Positions 29,790 to 43,859 of a DNA stretch of 64,000 bases are shown piece by piece. The position numbers and the translations under genes were made by a program. The stretch spans positions 51,584,001 through 51,648,000 of the forward strand of contig OX597830.1 in assembly GCA_951406725.2 (NCBI GenBank), read 5' to 3'. The DNA comes from Octopus vulgaris. Its lineage: Eukaryota. The notes beneath the pieces were generated by a model. That model had not been told where the DNA came from, ran no database searches, and saw only the letters and a list, made by a program, of their open reading frames with translations. The stretch's first letter is position 1. Every line of letters begins with the position of its first letter.

Positions 29790-31244
29790 GGTATGTTTGG
29801 GTATGTGCGTGCGTGCAGGTCTGTCTGTGCGTGTGTAATAGCACGTGTGTGTGCGTATATGTGTGTATGTGTTATGTGTGTGTGTGTGTGTTTTTGGCTG
29901 TTTATATGTGTATGTGTGAGTGAACTTTGTGTCGCTTACTGTTGTAGGAATAATTTAGTAGTAGGAGTGGTTGTCTTTTGTGTGGTGTGTTTTTTTCACA
30001 TGTGCGTAGGGGAATGGTCAGTACAAAGGTGTTGAACTGGCAGTTTGAAGTATGTGTGTGCGTATGTATGTACGTGTGTGCGTGTGTGTGCGAGTGTGTG
30101 CGTGTTTTGTGTGTAGTATGTGCATGCGTATGTGTGTGCGTATGTATGTACGTTGTGTGTAGTATGTGCATGCGTGTGTGTGCGTATGTATGTGTGTAAG
30201 GGCGTGTGTGTATGTGTGTGTGCGTAGGGTTATGGGAGGGGGTTGCGTCTGCGGAGTATATGTGAGTTTCTCTGTGTATATGTGCGTGCATGTGTTTGCG
30301 TATATGTGCGTGTGTGTATATGTCCATGTACGTGTAATTGTGTGCGTGTATGTATGAGTGTGTGTAAGGTATATGTGAGTGCGTCTGCGTGTGTGTGTAT
30401 GAGTGTGAGTGAATATATATATGTGTGTGCGTGTGCGTGTATGTGCGTGTGTACATGTGTGCATATGTGTTTGCGTGTGTGTGTATGAGTGTGAGTGAAT
30501 ATATATGTCCAAGTGTTTGTGCGCGTGTGTATGTGTGTGTGTTTGTGTGTGTGTGAACGAGGGGTTGTGTGTCGAGGTAGATGTGCGTTTTTGTTCGTAT
30601 ATGTCCGTGAGTGTGTGTATGTATGTGCGTTTAGTTCCGTGTACGTATGTGCGTGCATGTGTGTATGTGTGCGTATGTGTGCAAACCTGTGCGCGTGTAT
30701 GTGTGTATGTGTGTGTGCGTTTGTGAACGTGTGTGTATGTTGGTGCATGTATGTGTGTGGTGTGTGAGCATGCTGTGTGTGCAGTGTATGTGTGAGATAT
30801 ATGTGCATTGATGTATGTGCGCGTGTGTGTATGTGGGCATGTGTGTGTATGTATGCGTGTGTGCGTGCGTGTGTGTGCATGTGTTTCTATGAAGTTGTGC
30901 GTTTGTGAGTGCTTGTATGGGTTGTGTTGCGTGGAGGTATATGTGCGTTACTCTGTGCGTGCGTGTGTGTGTGCGCGTGTATGCGTGTGTGCGTGTGTAT
31001 GTGCGTATGTTTCTGTGTGTATGTGCATATGTGTTGTATGTGTGTGGTCTGTGTATTGTATGTATGTGTATGTTGTGTGTGTTGTATGTGTGTGGTGTGT
31101 GTGTTGTATGTATGTGTATGTTGTGTGTGTTGTATGTGTGTGGTGTGTGTGTGTTGTATGTATGTGTATGTTGTGTGTGTTGTATGTATGTGTGTTGGAG
31201 GTTTATGTGCGTTCATATATGTGCGCGGGTGCATGTAGTTTTTC

Positions 31245-31275
<31 letters not shown>

Positions 31276-31330
31276 TGTGTGTGTGTGTGTGTATACGTAT
31301 GTGTGTGTGCATGCTTGCGTGTGTATAGAG
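29790..31330. repeat. ~1.5-kb degenerate GT/GC/AT alternating purine-pyrimidine tract with internal tandem copies near 31030-31190
   Basis: Read directly; source of many spurious V/C/Y and H/T ORFs. Confidence 0.95.
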
Positions 31331-31687
31331 ATAAAATAAAATATAATGAAATAATATTGATAGGGGATAAAATAGAAATGACTACAATTATAAAATAGCG
31401 CAATTAAAAAGTTAAACAATACGACAGAAAGAAAAACGATACAAAAAGATGATAGAGGAACCGAGAAAGGGCAACAGGGAAAAAAAAGTAAGAGGGCAGA
31501 AGGAAGGATAAAGTAGGATGAACTGAGATGACATAAAAATAAATAAATAAATAAAATCACAAAAAATAAAAAAAGTGTTTATTTTTTTAAAGGCGGTTTT
31601 AGAGACAAAAAGGGATTTGTATTGAGTCCGAAAGTCCGAAAGAGATATTTGTGTTCGTAGATTAAAAATGTAACGCTGATCCAGGCG

Positions 31688-31690
<3 letters not shown>
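31330..31690 (-). mobile_element. Penelope-like GIY-YIG C-terminus and 3' region remnant
   Basis: RLDQRYIFNLRTQ...FGLNT resembles the EQ..IF.L.T..P.GLN end of the PLE endonuclease. Confidence 0.4.
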
Positions 31691-31742
<52 letters not shown>

Positions 31743-31946
31743 TGTATGTATGCTTGTATAAAAATACAATCTGGGACAAGAACGCAAAACATTTAGGAGA
31801 TGATACAAAAAACACGGACGGGACATTCGAAGGCTTCAATCTTCAGTCGAGAACCAGATCATCCTCGCAATTTCGGCTGATTAATCTTGAGATGGCTCCA
31901 ATATACAATATATATATACACAATATATATAAATATATAAAATATA

Positions 31947-32016
<70 letters not shown>

Positions 32017-32207
32017 CTATCTATCTATCTATATATATATATATATATATACATACATACACACAATATATATAAATATATACAATAGATATATTGCATA
32101 TATATATAAATATATATATATATTGCATATATATATATAAAATATACATATATACATATATGAAAATATATATACATATATACATATACATATATATACA
32201 TAAATAC

Positions 32208-32239
<32 letters not shown>

Positions 32240-32783
32240 CTGTGTGTCTGTGTTTATCCCCCAACATCGCTTGACAACCGATGCGGGTGTGTTTATGTCC
32301 TCGTAACTTAGCGGTTCGGCGAAAGAGTCCTATATAATAAGTACTAGGATTACAAAGAATAAGTCCTGGGGTCGATTTGTTCGACTAAAGGCGGTTCCCC
32401 TGTTCTAAATTCGGCACTGCATACATGCATACATATATATCCATTCACACACTACAGAAGCACCAACGGAAATCTGGCAGTACGTATAATACTACAGCTG
32501 GATAGCAATGACTGAAATTTGAAGGTTGTGATGTTTATACTGTACTCTACTACGTTCTTAACAGAATATAAGCTAACTATATATATTATTTTTTCGCCAT
32601 GATAGATCGCTAGCCACTACACATTCTTTATTTTCTCTCCTTGTTTCTTTCTGTGTTCCTTTTTGTGGAAGAGCGTAGGCTCGAAACGCTCAAGACTTTT
32701 CACTTCCCGAGCGTTAAACCGATACATCTGTTTGTTGTCTACATCACTTGTCTTCGTCTTTTGTTTTTCTTTTTGTGAATTCT

Positions 32784-32842
<59 letters not shown>

Positions 32843-33169
32843 CATATGTGTGTGTGTGTGCGCGTATGTGTATGTGTGTGTGAGTGTGTGTGTTTTGAGT
32901 GTGTGCATGTGTGTCTTTGTGAGTGTGTGTATTTGTATTTTTATGTGACTTTAGGTAGATCTTGCCGCTATTATTTTCAGGTAAATCAATGACGTAGAAT
33001 CTCGTCCGCCTACTTGGTATGAATGTATATTTCATCACACCTGTAAAAGTTTCATATTTTGAATGTTTCTGCTTTTCAAAGAAAATTTGATAAACTAATT
33101 CTCATGACGGGGCGCCACTATAAACTTGTTTGGTTCGTTTAGATCCCCGTTAAAAAAACAAAAACAAAG

Positions 33170-33335
33170 TAGGAGTGGCTGTGTGGTAAGTAGCTTGGTT
33201 ACGAACCGAACCACATGGTTTCGGATTCATTTCCACTGCATGGCGCCTTGGATAAGTGTTTTCCACTATAGCCTCGGACCGACCAAAGCCTTGTGAGTGG
33301 ATTTGGTAGACGGTAACTGAAAGAAGCCCGTCGTA

Positions 33336-33400
<65 letters not shown>

Positions 33401-33622
33401 GTGTGTGTGTGTGTGTGATGTGTATATGTTTGTGTGTCTGTGTTTGTCCCCCAAAAATTGCTTGACAACCAGTGCTGCTGTGTTTGCATCCCCGTAACTT
33501 AGTGATCCAGCAAAACAGACCGATAGAATAAGTACTAGGCTTACAAAAAGTAAGTCCTGAGGTCGATGTGCTCCAGCATGGCCACACTCAAATGACTGAA
33601 ACAAGTAAAAGAGTAAAAGAGT
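33170..33622 (+). mobile_element. Second tRNA-derived SINE family with internal (TA)n(TG)n and gtaaaaga tail repeats
   Basis: Head ggagtggctgtgtggtaag..ttggataagtgt, tail atggccac..tgactgaaacaagtaaaagag; other copies or fragments at 3840-3980, 20050-20190, 27828-27960, 28360-28505, 32240-32400, 34090-34290, 43100-43250, 52440-52880. Confidence 0.85.
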
Positions 33623-33981
33623 AACCCATTCTCTCGATGACATTAATATTTCGACTTCACACGCTCTTTCCAAACCGTGTAAATCTTGGTGAAGTGTTTA
33701 CAAACTTCATTTATTAAAGGAGGCTGCTGGGCACTGAATGAAATGACATGGTGTATACATTGAATTAATAATAAATGCACCATACACACAAACAAAACAG
33801 AAAATCATACACACATACATACAAGTTGTATAAGAAAAGTGTTTTGTACAGAAATACGTTTAGTTTTTGAAACTAGAATACGTGAACGTATTAAATGTTG
33901 ATGCCTACTCTCGAGCTTTTAAGGTTTATTTATCTCAGTGATTGGACTGCGGCAATACAGGGGCATCCCCACTGAAAAGTT

Positions 33982-34058
<77 letters not shown>

Positions 34059-35011
34059 ATGTATGTACGTATATCTAAGTATGGGTGTTTTTGTGTCTAC
34101 GTACCTATTTAACACTTGACAACCGGTGTTGGTGTTTTTGAGTCCCAGTAACCTAGCAGTTCGGCAAAAGAACCGACAGAATAAGTACGAAGATTAAAAA
34201 TTTAGTACTGGGATCGATTCATTCGACTAAAAATTCAAGGCGATGCTCTAGCATGGCCGCAATTAAATGACTGAAACAAGTAAAAGAAACGATATAGAAT
34301 CATATGAAGAAAGTGGTTTCCTATTCCGATGGAAGTCAAGTCACGTCACTGACACAATTAATGTCCTTCAGAAGATAAATCTCACAAGATCCAAATCTGA
34401 TCTCATGGAACAGACAGCAGAATGAGATATCTTTGAGGGAGAATATGCATTAATATTTTTGTTTTTACAAGTTTGTGACTGAGTTAAAATATTGATTTCA
34501 AATGTTGGCATAAGGCCAGCAATTTCAGGGAAGCAGTTAAGCCGATTACTTCGGCCCCAGTGCTCAACAAAAGTCGACCCCGGCAGTATTTGAACTCAGA
34601 ACGTAAAGATGGACGTAAACCGTCCAGATCAATATCAGAGGTTCGCCGAAATACTGGATAATAATTTATTGTTTGAAAATGCTACAAAATTTATGTCTTT
34701 TTTTCCCACAGGACTGAGAGCTAAACATAGGGGGGACAAACAAGGACAGACAAACTTGTATTTATTTAATCAACCCCAAAATTTTGCCCAGCGTGCTAAC
34801 ATTTCTGCCATCTCACCGTTTTCTCTACCATTATTATTACCATCATTATTATTGCCAGTACCATTTCCATTATTATACTACTGCAAATGTTATGACCAAC
34901 GCAGATCATTATTCTTACTGTTGTTTTTTCACCGTGTGGATATCTTCTGAAGACATGATAACAGTGTAGTCGTTATGACTGTCCTTTTATGAGTTGTTGC
35001 GGATGTTGCTG

Positions 35012-35390
35012 CTGTGGCTGTTGAGCGAACGGTCTTCGTCCTAGAGCTCGCAAGATGGGAGAAGTCTGAAACGTGGTCCTTTGCTATTCATAAGACCCGC
35101 AGAAGAGAAGGCAGGTCAACCCCCGACACCGAGAATATCGACGGATGGATGAATGCGCATCTAGGCTCAGCGGTTGCGTAGGAAGTCGGGGACAAGAAAC
35201 AGGAAGAAAGAGGGAGAGAAGGTTGGGGCGAAAGAGTACAACAGGGGTCACCACCACCCCCTGCCGGAGCCTCGTGGAGCTTTAGGTATTTTCGCTCAAT
35301 AAACACACACAACGCCCGGTCTGAGAATCGAAACCGCGATCCTCCGACCGCGAGTCCGCTGCCCTAACCACTGGGCCATTGCGCCTCCAC
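35012..35390 (-). mobile_element. Full-length tRNA-SINE (head A + tail X) with 14-bp TSD
   Basis: TSD tgcggatgttgctg 34998-35011 / tacggatgttgctg 35391-35404; A box tggcccagtggttagg, B box ggtttcgattctc. Confidence 0.85.
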
Positions 35391-35847
35391 TACGGATGTT
35401 GCTGTCGTTGGGGGCTGACAAAGTTAAGCTTACTGGCTTAACTATGGAGGAAGAAAAGCCCCATTAGCCTATAAATAGATTCAATAGATGTTGACAGGGA
35501 ACCAACAAAGCAGTGCTTGCACCCATGTGGTCACCAAAGGTCAAAATATGTGATTGGAGCTGCACGAGCTACTCAGAACGTGAAGACGGATGAAATGTTG
35601 ATAACCATTTCGCTCAACGTGGTAAAGATTTTGCCAGCCTGCGACTGGCTGGGTTTAAAAAATACTCATAGTGATATTTACTGAAGTATTACAATAAAAT
35701 AAAGATTACCACAGACATCTTATACAGTTTATCCTTAATTTTAAAACAGAGACTGCTGTAAATAACCTGTAAATAATTTTTTTAATTATTTTTACAAAAA
35801 ATTAATAATTTTTATTAAGGTAGTAATCTGTTCAATATTGTTGCATT

Positions 35848-36230
35848 AGGGAGGCGAGCTGGCAGAATCGTTAAGCACGCTGGGCAAAATGCTTAGCCGT
35901 ATTTCGTCTGCCGCTACGTACTGAGTTCAAATTCCGCCGAGGTCGACTTTGCCTTTCATCCTTTCGGGGTCGATTAAATAAGTACTAGTTACGCGCTGGG
36001 GTCGATATAAACGACTTAATCCGTTTGTCTGTCCTTGTTTGTCCTCTCAGTGTTTAGCCCCTTGTGGGTAGTAAAGAAATAGGTATTTCGTCTGCTGTTA
36101 CTTTCCGAGTTCAAATTTCGTCGAGGACAACTTTGCCTTTCATCCTTTCGGGGTCGATTAAATAAATACTAGTTTGTCTGTTCTTGTTTTTCCCCTCTTT
36201 GTTTAGCCCACCTGTGGGCAATAAAGAAAT
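35848..36230 (+). mobile_element. Major SINE dimer
   Basis: Junction aaagaaataggtatttcg at ~36073-36090. Confidence 0.9.
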
Positions 36231-38576
36231 ATATATTGTAGCATTTTCACACAATGAAATATCCAGTATCTCAGCGAACCTCTGATAATGGTCTGGACTG
36301 TTTACTTGTTTATTTTTCGTATAACAACCGAAAAATCAAGGTGACCGTTTAGCTATTCATATTTTCAATAAACTCTTTTTTTCTCTCACACCCCTAATGC
36401 TCTTGAGAAAGTCAGATATTCCACATAATGACAATTCATAAATTTCTTTATCTGAATATTATGATACACTGATAAGAATCATTTTGTTCATAACAGAATA
36501 GCAGAAAGTTTTTGTGTTGATTTGCAAGTCAGGAGTGATATAGCTGTGATAACAAAAAAAGGTTAATTTGCAACAACTTGGTTCTGTTTTCGATTTCACT
36601 GTAGGGCATAAAATTTATGCTCTACAATAATATGGGGACGAAATGGCAGAGTCGATTGAGCGTGGTATAGAACATTACTTTTCAAACTCAACATTACTTT
36701 TCATCACCAGAATCTATACATAAAAAAACCCAGTCAAGTAATGGATTCGATTTTTGACTGTTTATCTCTCACTCTTTCTTTCTTTCTCTCCTTCTTTCCC
36801 TCTCTCTCCGAATCGCCTTCGTGAAAGGGCCAAGAAAGTAGAGGTTACATCATCACAGAAACAAAACATTCCCCTTTCCCTCTATGGACACAAGAAAGAA
36901 AGAAACCTAAAAAAACAAAACACAGAAACAAGGTTTTTATGAGATTATGCTAGAAGTAGGAAAATTTCTCACCAACTCTATTGTTATGTCATAAAGAATG
37001 AGGATCGCGTTTATACGTGTAGTCCAGAAAAAAGACACAATGGTCAAGGTCGGATAAACGGTTGAATCATGGGTTAATTTTCAATACGGATCTAGCAATC
37101 AACAGCTGTGAACATATCACAATGGTTAAAAGAAAAACAGTTTTCATAATCTTTCATATACAATAAAAGAACAAAACTATAACCCATACAATGAAAAATA
37201 TATTAAAATATAAAGCATTCAATATATAGTGTTAAAAAAGCTGTTTTTGTCTTCATAAGAAAGCTTTCCATACTGACATGTGAAAGTTGGTGTTACAAAC
37301 ATTTATGAATTCAAATGAAACAAAGTCAACTTAAAAGTTGTTGAAAAAAAATTCAAAAATTAACTAAGAAACAGCAAAGATGGGGCGAGTCAATAAGGGA
37401 GGTTCCACATCATGATGGCGCATTCACATTTACACAAACATACATACATGCATGCATGAATACATACATATATACGGAAATGGCGAAATAACTTACTTTG
37501 ACCAGGAAAACCTGTGTAGTTGTATTTAACAAGATTTTTGGTTTTTATTATAACACCTTTAGTTTCTCCCCTGATCGAGTGCTTTTCTACATGAAGCTTT
37601 ACCTCAAAATACATACATACATACATACATACATACATACATACATACATACATACACACATACATACATGCATGCATTCATACATACATACATACATAC
37701 ATACATACATACATACATACATACATACATACATACATACATACATACATACATACATGCATACATACATTGTTAGATGAATTTTACATGGCAGACTATT
37801 CGACAAAATGGTTTGATCATTTCAGCACTACAATGAAGAATTTTGAAAAAAATTTCATATGGAGGACAATAAAACCTTAGGAACTCAACAGTCCTTTGTT
37901 TTGCACATGTAAAACATCGGTTAACAGAAGAATTGGTAAAAAAAGAAAAAAAAGCAAGAATGATCTAAATAGCAGGAGAGATGGGGCGAGCCAATGAAGG
38001 CGGCTTTATATAGCGGTCAAACACAGTAGAAGTAACAGCTAATCTCCTTTAAACCACAACCGACTGGTAAAACTGGACAATGTTGTCCTAGATACAGAAA
38101 TAGTCTAGATGGTCTTGGCTGGAATGCCTTTCGTTATAAATCTGTGAGGTTAGTACGGTAAACAACAACAACAACTATATAGACGAACTATCGAACGTAT
38201 CAGCAATCGGTATTTGTGGTCTGCCAGATACCTGCCACATTCTAACTAGCTCGATTTAGCTGTAAATAGGCAGCAGAATATATGTATGCAACAAATTTTT
38301 ATTTGATATTTATTTGATAATCTCTCACAATAGAATCCATTAATATTTTTATTGTTGCTGTAATTGTTATTTCTGTTGTTGCTGCTGCTTTTAGCCACAG
38401 GTTAACCACGATCAACAAGACCTATGATCAAAGACGTTCAAGCCACCACCATACCATCTTTATGTCAGACTCACCAAGCACTCATCATGAGAAAGATCTG
38501 GCTAAAAGTCACATGATCGAGTAGATACACTCCTATTGGTTGGCATTCAATGAAGTCTTCTAACGATGCTAATAAA

Positions 38577-38676
38577 GTTCTATATTTAAGAGATGGGGAA
38601 TTATGTACATTATTTACATTATTTACAGTTGACGGATGAGAACATATATCCGTCAACTGTAAATGATGTAAATAAT
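38577..38676. mobile_element. 100-bp Penelope-type terminal insertion: 30-bp fold-back with 12-bp TSD
   Basis: Arms 38608-38637 and 38648-38677; TSD gatgctaataaa 38565-38576 / 38677-38688; arm resembles 16070-16110. Confidence 0.65.
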
Positions 38677-40149
38677 GATGCTAATAAACTTTAGAATTAA
38701 ATAAATATCATTCAATCTCGCTCCGATTTCAATTTGTTGTTTTACATAATTCTACAACGTACCCATAACTGGAAATTTACCAATGTTATGTGCTTTTGGC
38801 GTGGTGATATGTTTTTTTTTTTTGTCACAATAGAGATTCACGAGTTCCTCACATGTTGATGTTAAGAAGAGCTTGGACTCTAGGCGTTCCAGCTGTGATA
38901 ATCTAGTTTTTACATGCCTAATTCATTGAAGTCTATATTTAGTAATATGTCCTTTCCAATTTGAAACACTGGTTCACGGAAGATTAGACTACTACTTCTA
39001 AGGAAGGTGTTAGTAAAACGTATCAAACTAATCTAGTCAAGAGAATAACTATTTATTATGAAGTAGAGTGTGAAAGAGTTATTTAAAATTTAATTAGTAA
39101 ATGACAAGCTAATTATTAATTTGTTCTCATGACATGTTTAAATTCTTATCTCTCATTTCTTCTGTTGTTTGACAAAAATTTATTACATGTTTATACTTCC
39201 TAATAAATATAGTTTTACTTGTGAAAGTAATTCTTTAAATCCCCAAACAACATAATTATAAGTTTATTTAGGACATGTTTTATGATATCCATTTTGAACC
39301 CCACAGATATTTCTCTTCAACCGATCATATTTTCGAATGTGAACATCAATCTACGAACAGCACCAGCTTTCAAGAAACCGCATCCTTTACTTCCGACTAA
39401 ATTATGGTAATAAATGTTTGAGAACTGAATTGATGTTCATTCTAAACACAAACCGGTTCATTGATTTGATTTTCACAGCATATAGTAATAATTAATTAAG
39501 CGTAAAATAATTTATAATATTCTTCAATATAATTACTAATTGCAGAAACAAAATATCATTTATGTTTGTATTTTTTTCAGCAAATTGTTGCTTATGGTGG
39601 TTATCATTTTGAAGCCGTGTTCACAATACAGCAGCTCATCTCTACTAAAGATTAATTCGCGCGTTTTAAGCTAATAGCTTCTATTTCTGATTTATAAAAA
39701 GCGAATGCGCATTACGCGTCCTCATTTCAATATAGATCTATGTTTCTATGTAAATAATTAAAAGAAAATAAATTAAGGCGGCGAGCTGGCACGACGAAAA
39801 AATTCTTAGTTCTGAGTACAAATTGCACCGAGGTCTACTTGGCCATTGTACTTTCGGGCTCGGTAAAATAAGTACCATTTGAGCACTAGGGCTGATGTAA
39901 TCGACTTATCCCCTCCTCAAAATTTCTGGCCTGGTACTAAAATTTGAAACGAATAATTAAAAATTTACATGTATCAGCTGGAAGATGAAATAAGATGCTG
40001 CAATTTGTTAACAGCGCAGAGATAAATTTGAAACAATCCTTCTGTGTATGAAACCTATTCTTTACTTTACAACCATAATGGTTCTGTAAGCAGGTCTCCC
40101 GTGGAAAAAATTATATCATAATGTTTGTTGGATTTTCACCCAACTCCTT

Positions 40150-41030
40150 ACTATACTAAATCTCCTCCACACCTAACGCCCTCCACTTGACCAGCCTCAC
40201 CACCAATGTTATGCATACTCGGTACGCGTGCATAATTTATTAATTCGAATCATCAAGTCTATCCAACCTTACAAAGTGCCTTCCATCATTTCCAAACAAT
40301 ACACTTCAGAGGTAGTCCAAACCTCACAAAGATCTCTAATCTTTCTTTCTTCTACTCTTTCTCTCTTTCTAACTTTCCCGCCTTTCAGTAATTATATCCT
40401 GATCTTTAGAACAATGCTGCAGCGTACCCATTCCGATGAAGATAATCTTTAATGACCCTACCAACAACCATATTAGGACACTCCTCGATACCTCCCAATA
40501 ACTTTAAAACAACCATCAGTAACAATCTTCGCCAACATCTCGAATCTCTCCCCTTTTTCAAGAACATCAGTAAGATTTCCACTTCATAAGACCGAAGGAG
40601 ACCTCTTCCTTTATGCGAGCTCTAATACTAAAGAAATAGATTACAATTCAGGTTGGTTTCCAGAGCAGCAAAACTTTCGATCATGTCTGAATCGAGAATT
40701 TCTGGATCTATCTTTGAAATTCATGTGTACTTTGTCTCTTGGAACTGTGGTTTCTACCAGATTACTCACTTGTGTTGAGTGTTGAACGAATTTCCTATAA
40801 CTTACACTCTGTTAGTCCTAGAGTGTGCTCGACTTCGGCTTTGTTTCTCATACACATCCTTCTTCCACCCGACATGCTTGCCATCACCGCCAACAACAGT
40901 GACTCCTACACATTTGATATAGTCCTCTAGTCCTCTCTAATCTTCCTTACCTTAATTTCAACCACATCGAAACTAGACACTCTAAATGGGTCGCTCTTAT
41001 CTACTACAACAGGAAAACAGACAATTAATA
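40150..41030 (+). mobile_element. Old Penelope-like reverse transcriptase remnants
   Basis: C-rich coding-like sequence with FL.LNFNHI...YYNRKTD, similar to the PLE FLD...Y.K.TD motif; fragmented. Confidence 0.3.
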
Positions 41031-41589
41031 CAAATATTAAGGAAACATAAGGCGACGAGCTGGCAAAATCGTTAGCACGCCGGGAAAAATGCTGCTAAGT
41101 ATTTCTTCCGTATTTACGTTATGAGTTCAAATCCCGCCGAGGTCGACTTTGCCTTTCATCCTTCCGAGGTCGATAAAATAAGTACAAGTTGATTACTGGG
41201 GCCAATGTAATCGACTTAGCCTCTCCCCCGAAATAGCTGGGCCTGTGCCAAAATTTGAAATCAATATTAAGAAAACATCATCATCTACACCACTCTAAAC
41301 ATGAAATGACATAGAGCGAGAACTCTTAGGGTCTATTATAAATGTTAGTTCTCACTATTTTGGAGGATCTAACATGCAACATAACTAAATATACATCACA
41401 AAGAATGGCCGTGCGACGCCAGAAAATAATTACTCTCCAAAGTTCAGAAGAGAACTATTATGAAGGTTTGATTCTTCACCGTGACAGTATCGTTGTAACA
41501 TACAAAAAATCTTAGGCAGTTACTAAGACAAGACACCAGTAAGATGAGTCGCCACTTCATCACGACGTCACTATATCAATATAGCGGTT

Positions 41590-42797
41590 TCAAATTTTGG
41601 CATAAGGCCAGCATTGTGGTGAGGGGACAAGTCAATTCCATCGGTCCTAGTGCTCAACTGCTGCTTATTTTATCGATCCTGAAAGGCAAAAATCGATCGG
41701 GGCAGAATTTAATATCAGAACGTAATGAGGGACGAAATACTTATTTCTTTACTACCCACAAGGGTCTAAACACAGAGAAGAAAAACAAGGACAGACAAAC
41801 GGATTAAGTCGATTATATCGACCTCAGTGCGTAACTGGTACTTTTTTAATCGACCCCGAAAGGATGAAAGGCAAAGTCGACCTCGGCGGAATTTGAACTC
41901 ATAAAGTAACGGCAGACGAAATTCCTTTAAGCATTTTGCCCACCGTACTAACGACTCTGCCAACTTGCTGCTTTGATTTGCTAAATCATTATATTAATAA
42001 TTTAAGTCGTTCCATGAATGTCATTATTCCACCACACCAACTCCACATCGATCGAGTTTCATTCTAACGAGAAATACTACAGTAACACAATAACTATACT
42101 CATAATTTAACGCCACATATTCTCACGTGTGATCTAGAATAAGAGTTGGTAAATAAAGGAATTTTCGTCCTAAAGAGTATTGGTGGTAATTGGCTGAATA
42201 GAAATGTCTAGCTGTTTCTAAATAGATATCATAAACAAGTTCTATACAAGTTCGAGGGACAGGCAGTAGAATGAAAAAAATAAGTTGCAAGCCTTTGATT
42301 TTACAATTTCTGCGACTGTTTATCATATCCGTTACATTCACTGAAATTTGTACTACAAAAGGAAGTCCACGACAAACATTTCATAACGAATCTAACTTTA
42401 AAAACAGACTCTCCTACAGAACTTTTATATTGCCTGTATTTAACGACAAAAAAGGCGGCGAGCTGGCAGAATCGTTAGCACGCCGGGCGAAATGCTTAGC
42501 GGTATTTCGCCTGCCGCTACGTTCTGAGTTCAAATTCCGCCGAGGTCGACTTTGCCTTTCATCCTTTCGGGGTCGATAAATTAAGTACCAGTTATGCACT
42601 GGGTCGATGTAATCGACTTAATCCGTTTGTCTGTCCTTGTTTGTCTCCTCTGTGTTTAGCCCCTTGTGGATAGTAAAGAAATAGGTATTTCGTCTGCCGC
42701 TACGTTCTGAGTTCAAATTCCGCCGAGGTTGACTTCGCCTTTCGTCCTTTCGGGGTCGATAAATTAAGTACCAGTTATTTGTGGGTAGTAAAGAAAT
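41590..42797. mobile_element. Major SINE dimers: 41590-41970 (-) and 42453-42797 (+)
   Basis: Same head, central block and junction as the other copies; the unique sequence between them is not part of the elements. Confidence 0.85.
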
Positions 42798-43280
42798 ATG
42801 TATTTAACAACAAAGATAAATTTCACACGACAAACCTCTGATATTGATCTGAGTAGTGTGCGTGTCTATTTTTCACGTGACAACCGAAAAATCAAGGTAA
42901 ATGTTAAGCTTTTCATATTTTCAATAGATTCTATTTCTCTCACACCCGTAATGCCCTTGAGAAAATCAGAGATTTCGCTCAATTACAATTCAGAAACTTC
43001 TTTATTTGGAATTTATGACAAGTTTATTACAAATAGAAGAATTGACACTTCCGTTATTATGATAAAGTTGCTGTGCTGACTTGCAAGTACGCACTGACGT
43101 AGGTGTGGTGATGAAAAGATCACTTCACAACAGCGGGGTTCCGGGTTTGATTCTATCACACGGCACCTTAGACAAATATGTAACCTCAAACCGACAAAGG
43201 CCACAAGTACAAAATTTGGTAAACAGAAATTGTATGGAAGCCCGTTTGCAAGAATATTGCTGTTCTTGGTGCGGTAGAAT

Positions 43281-43850
43281 TTACTCGATGCCCTGTTTAA
43301 CATCTTTACCTTGTCCGTGGACGCTTTTGAGGGACGGATTCACCCCTGTTGTAAGAATTCGGGTAAATTTTAGTACAGTTTCATATGACCATTTTCCCTT
43401 CATTCCACCATTTGAAAAGTCATTAATAAGAGTAGACGCCACTACTGTTCCATGTCTGACGAAGCCATTAAAAGAAATAACTATATTCATATCTTGCTTC
43501 TCTAATATGACATTCAATGTCTTGTCTTCATATTTCCCGTTTAAGCCCACCTTTTTCACCTATTTTTGGCCGTCCAGTAACTTAGCAAGGTTAACCTTCT
43601 TACTAGTTGGTTTCATTGCTCCTGCAAAAGTCCTTCTTCCTTCCAACGCCATATCCAATCTGTTGACCGCTCTCGCTAGTTCCTCCTCCGAAGCCGACAG
43701 GTCCGACTCGCTGAGGTCAGAACACCTGTTCCTCCTTGCCATTTCTCAAAAAAAAAAAACACCGCTGCGAACAGCAAAAATCCAAACAACTATAGGAAAC
43801 AAATACAACCTTGAACCATTCAACCTACACAGACGAAAAAACGTGAAGCA
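43281..43850 (-). mobile_element. Probable LINE (Tx1-like) 5' UTR plus ORF1 N-terminus with one in-frame stop
   Basis: ORFs 43560-43742 and 43281-43559 are contiguous in frame (MARRNRCSDLSESDLSASEEEL..RTFAGAMK..*VKKVG..); T-rich leader upstream. Confidence 0.4.
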
Positions 43851-43859
43851 TCACACACG

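Noticed and set aside
29772-31398. Many long ORFs rich in V/C/Y/M or H/T (also YI-repeat ORFs across the window)
   Set aside because: Translations of GT/CA/TA microsatellites, not proteins
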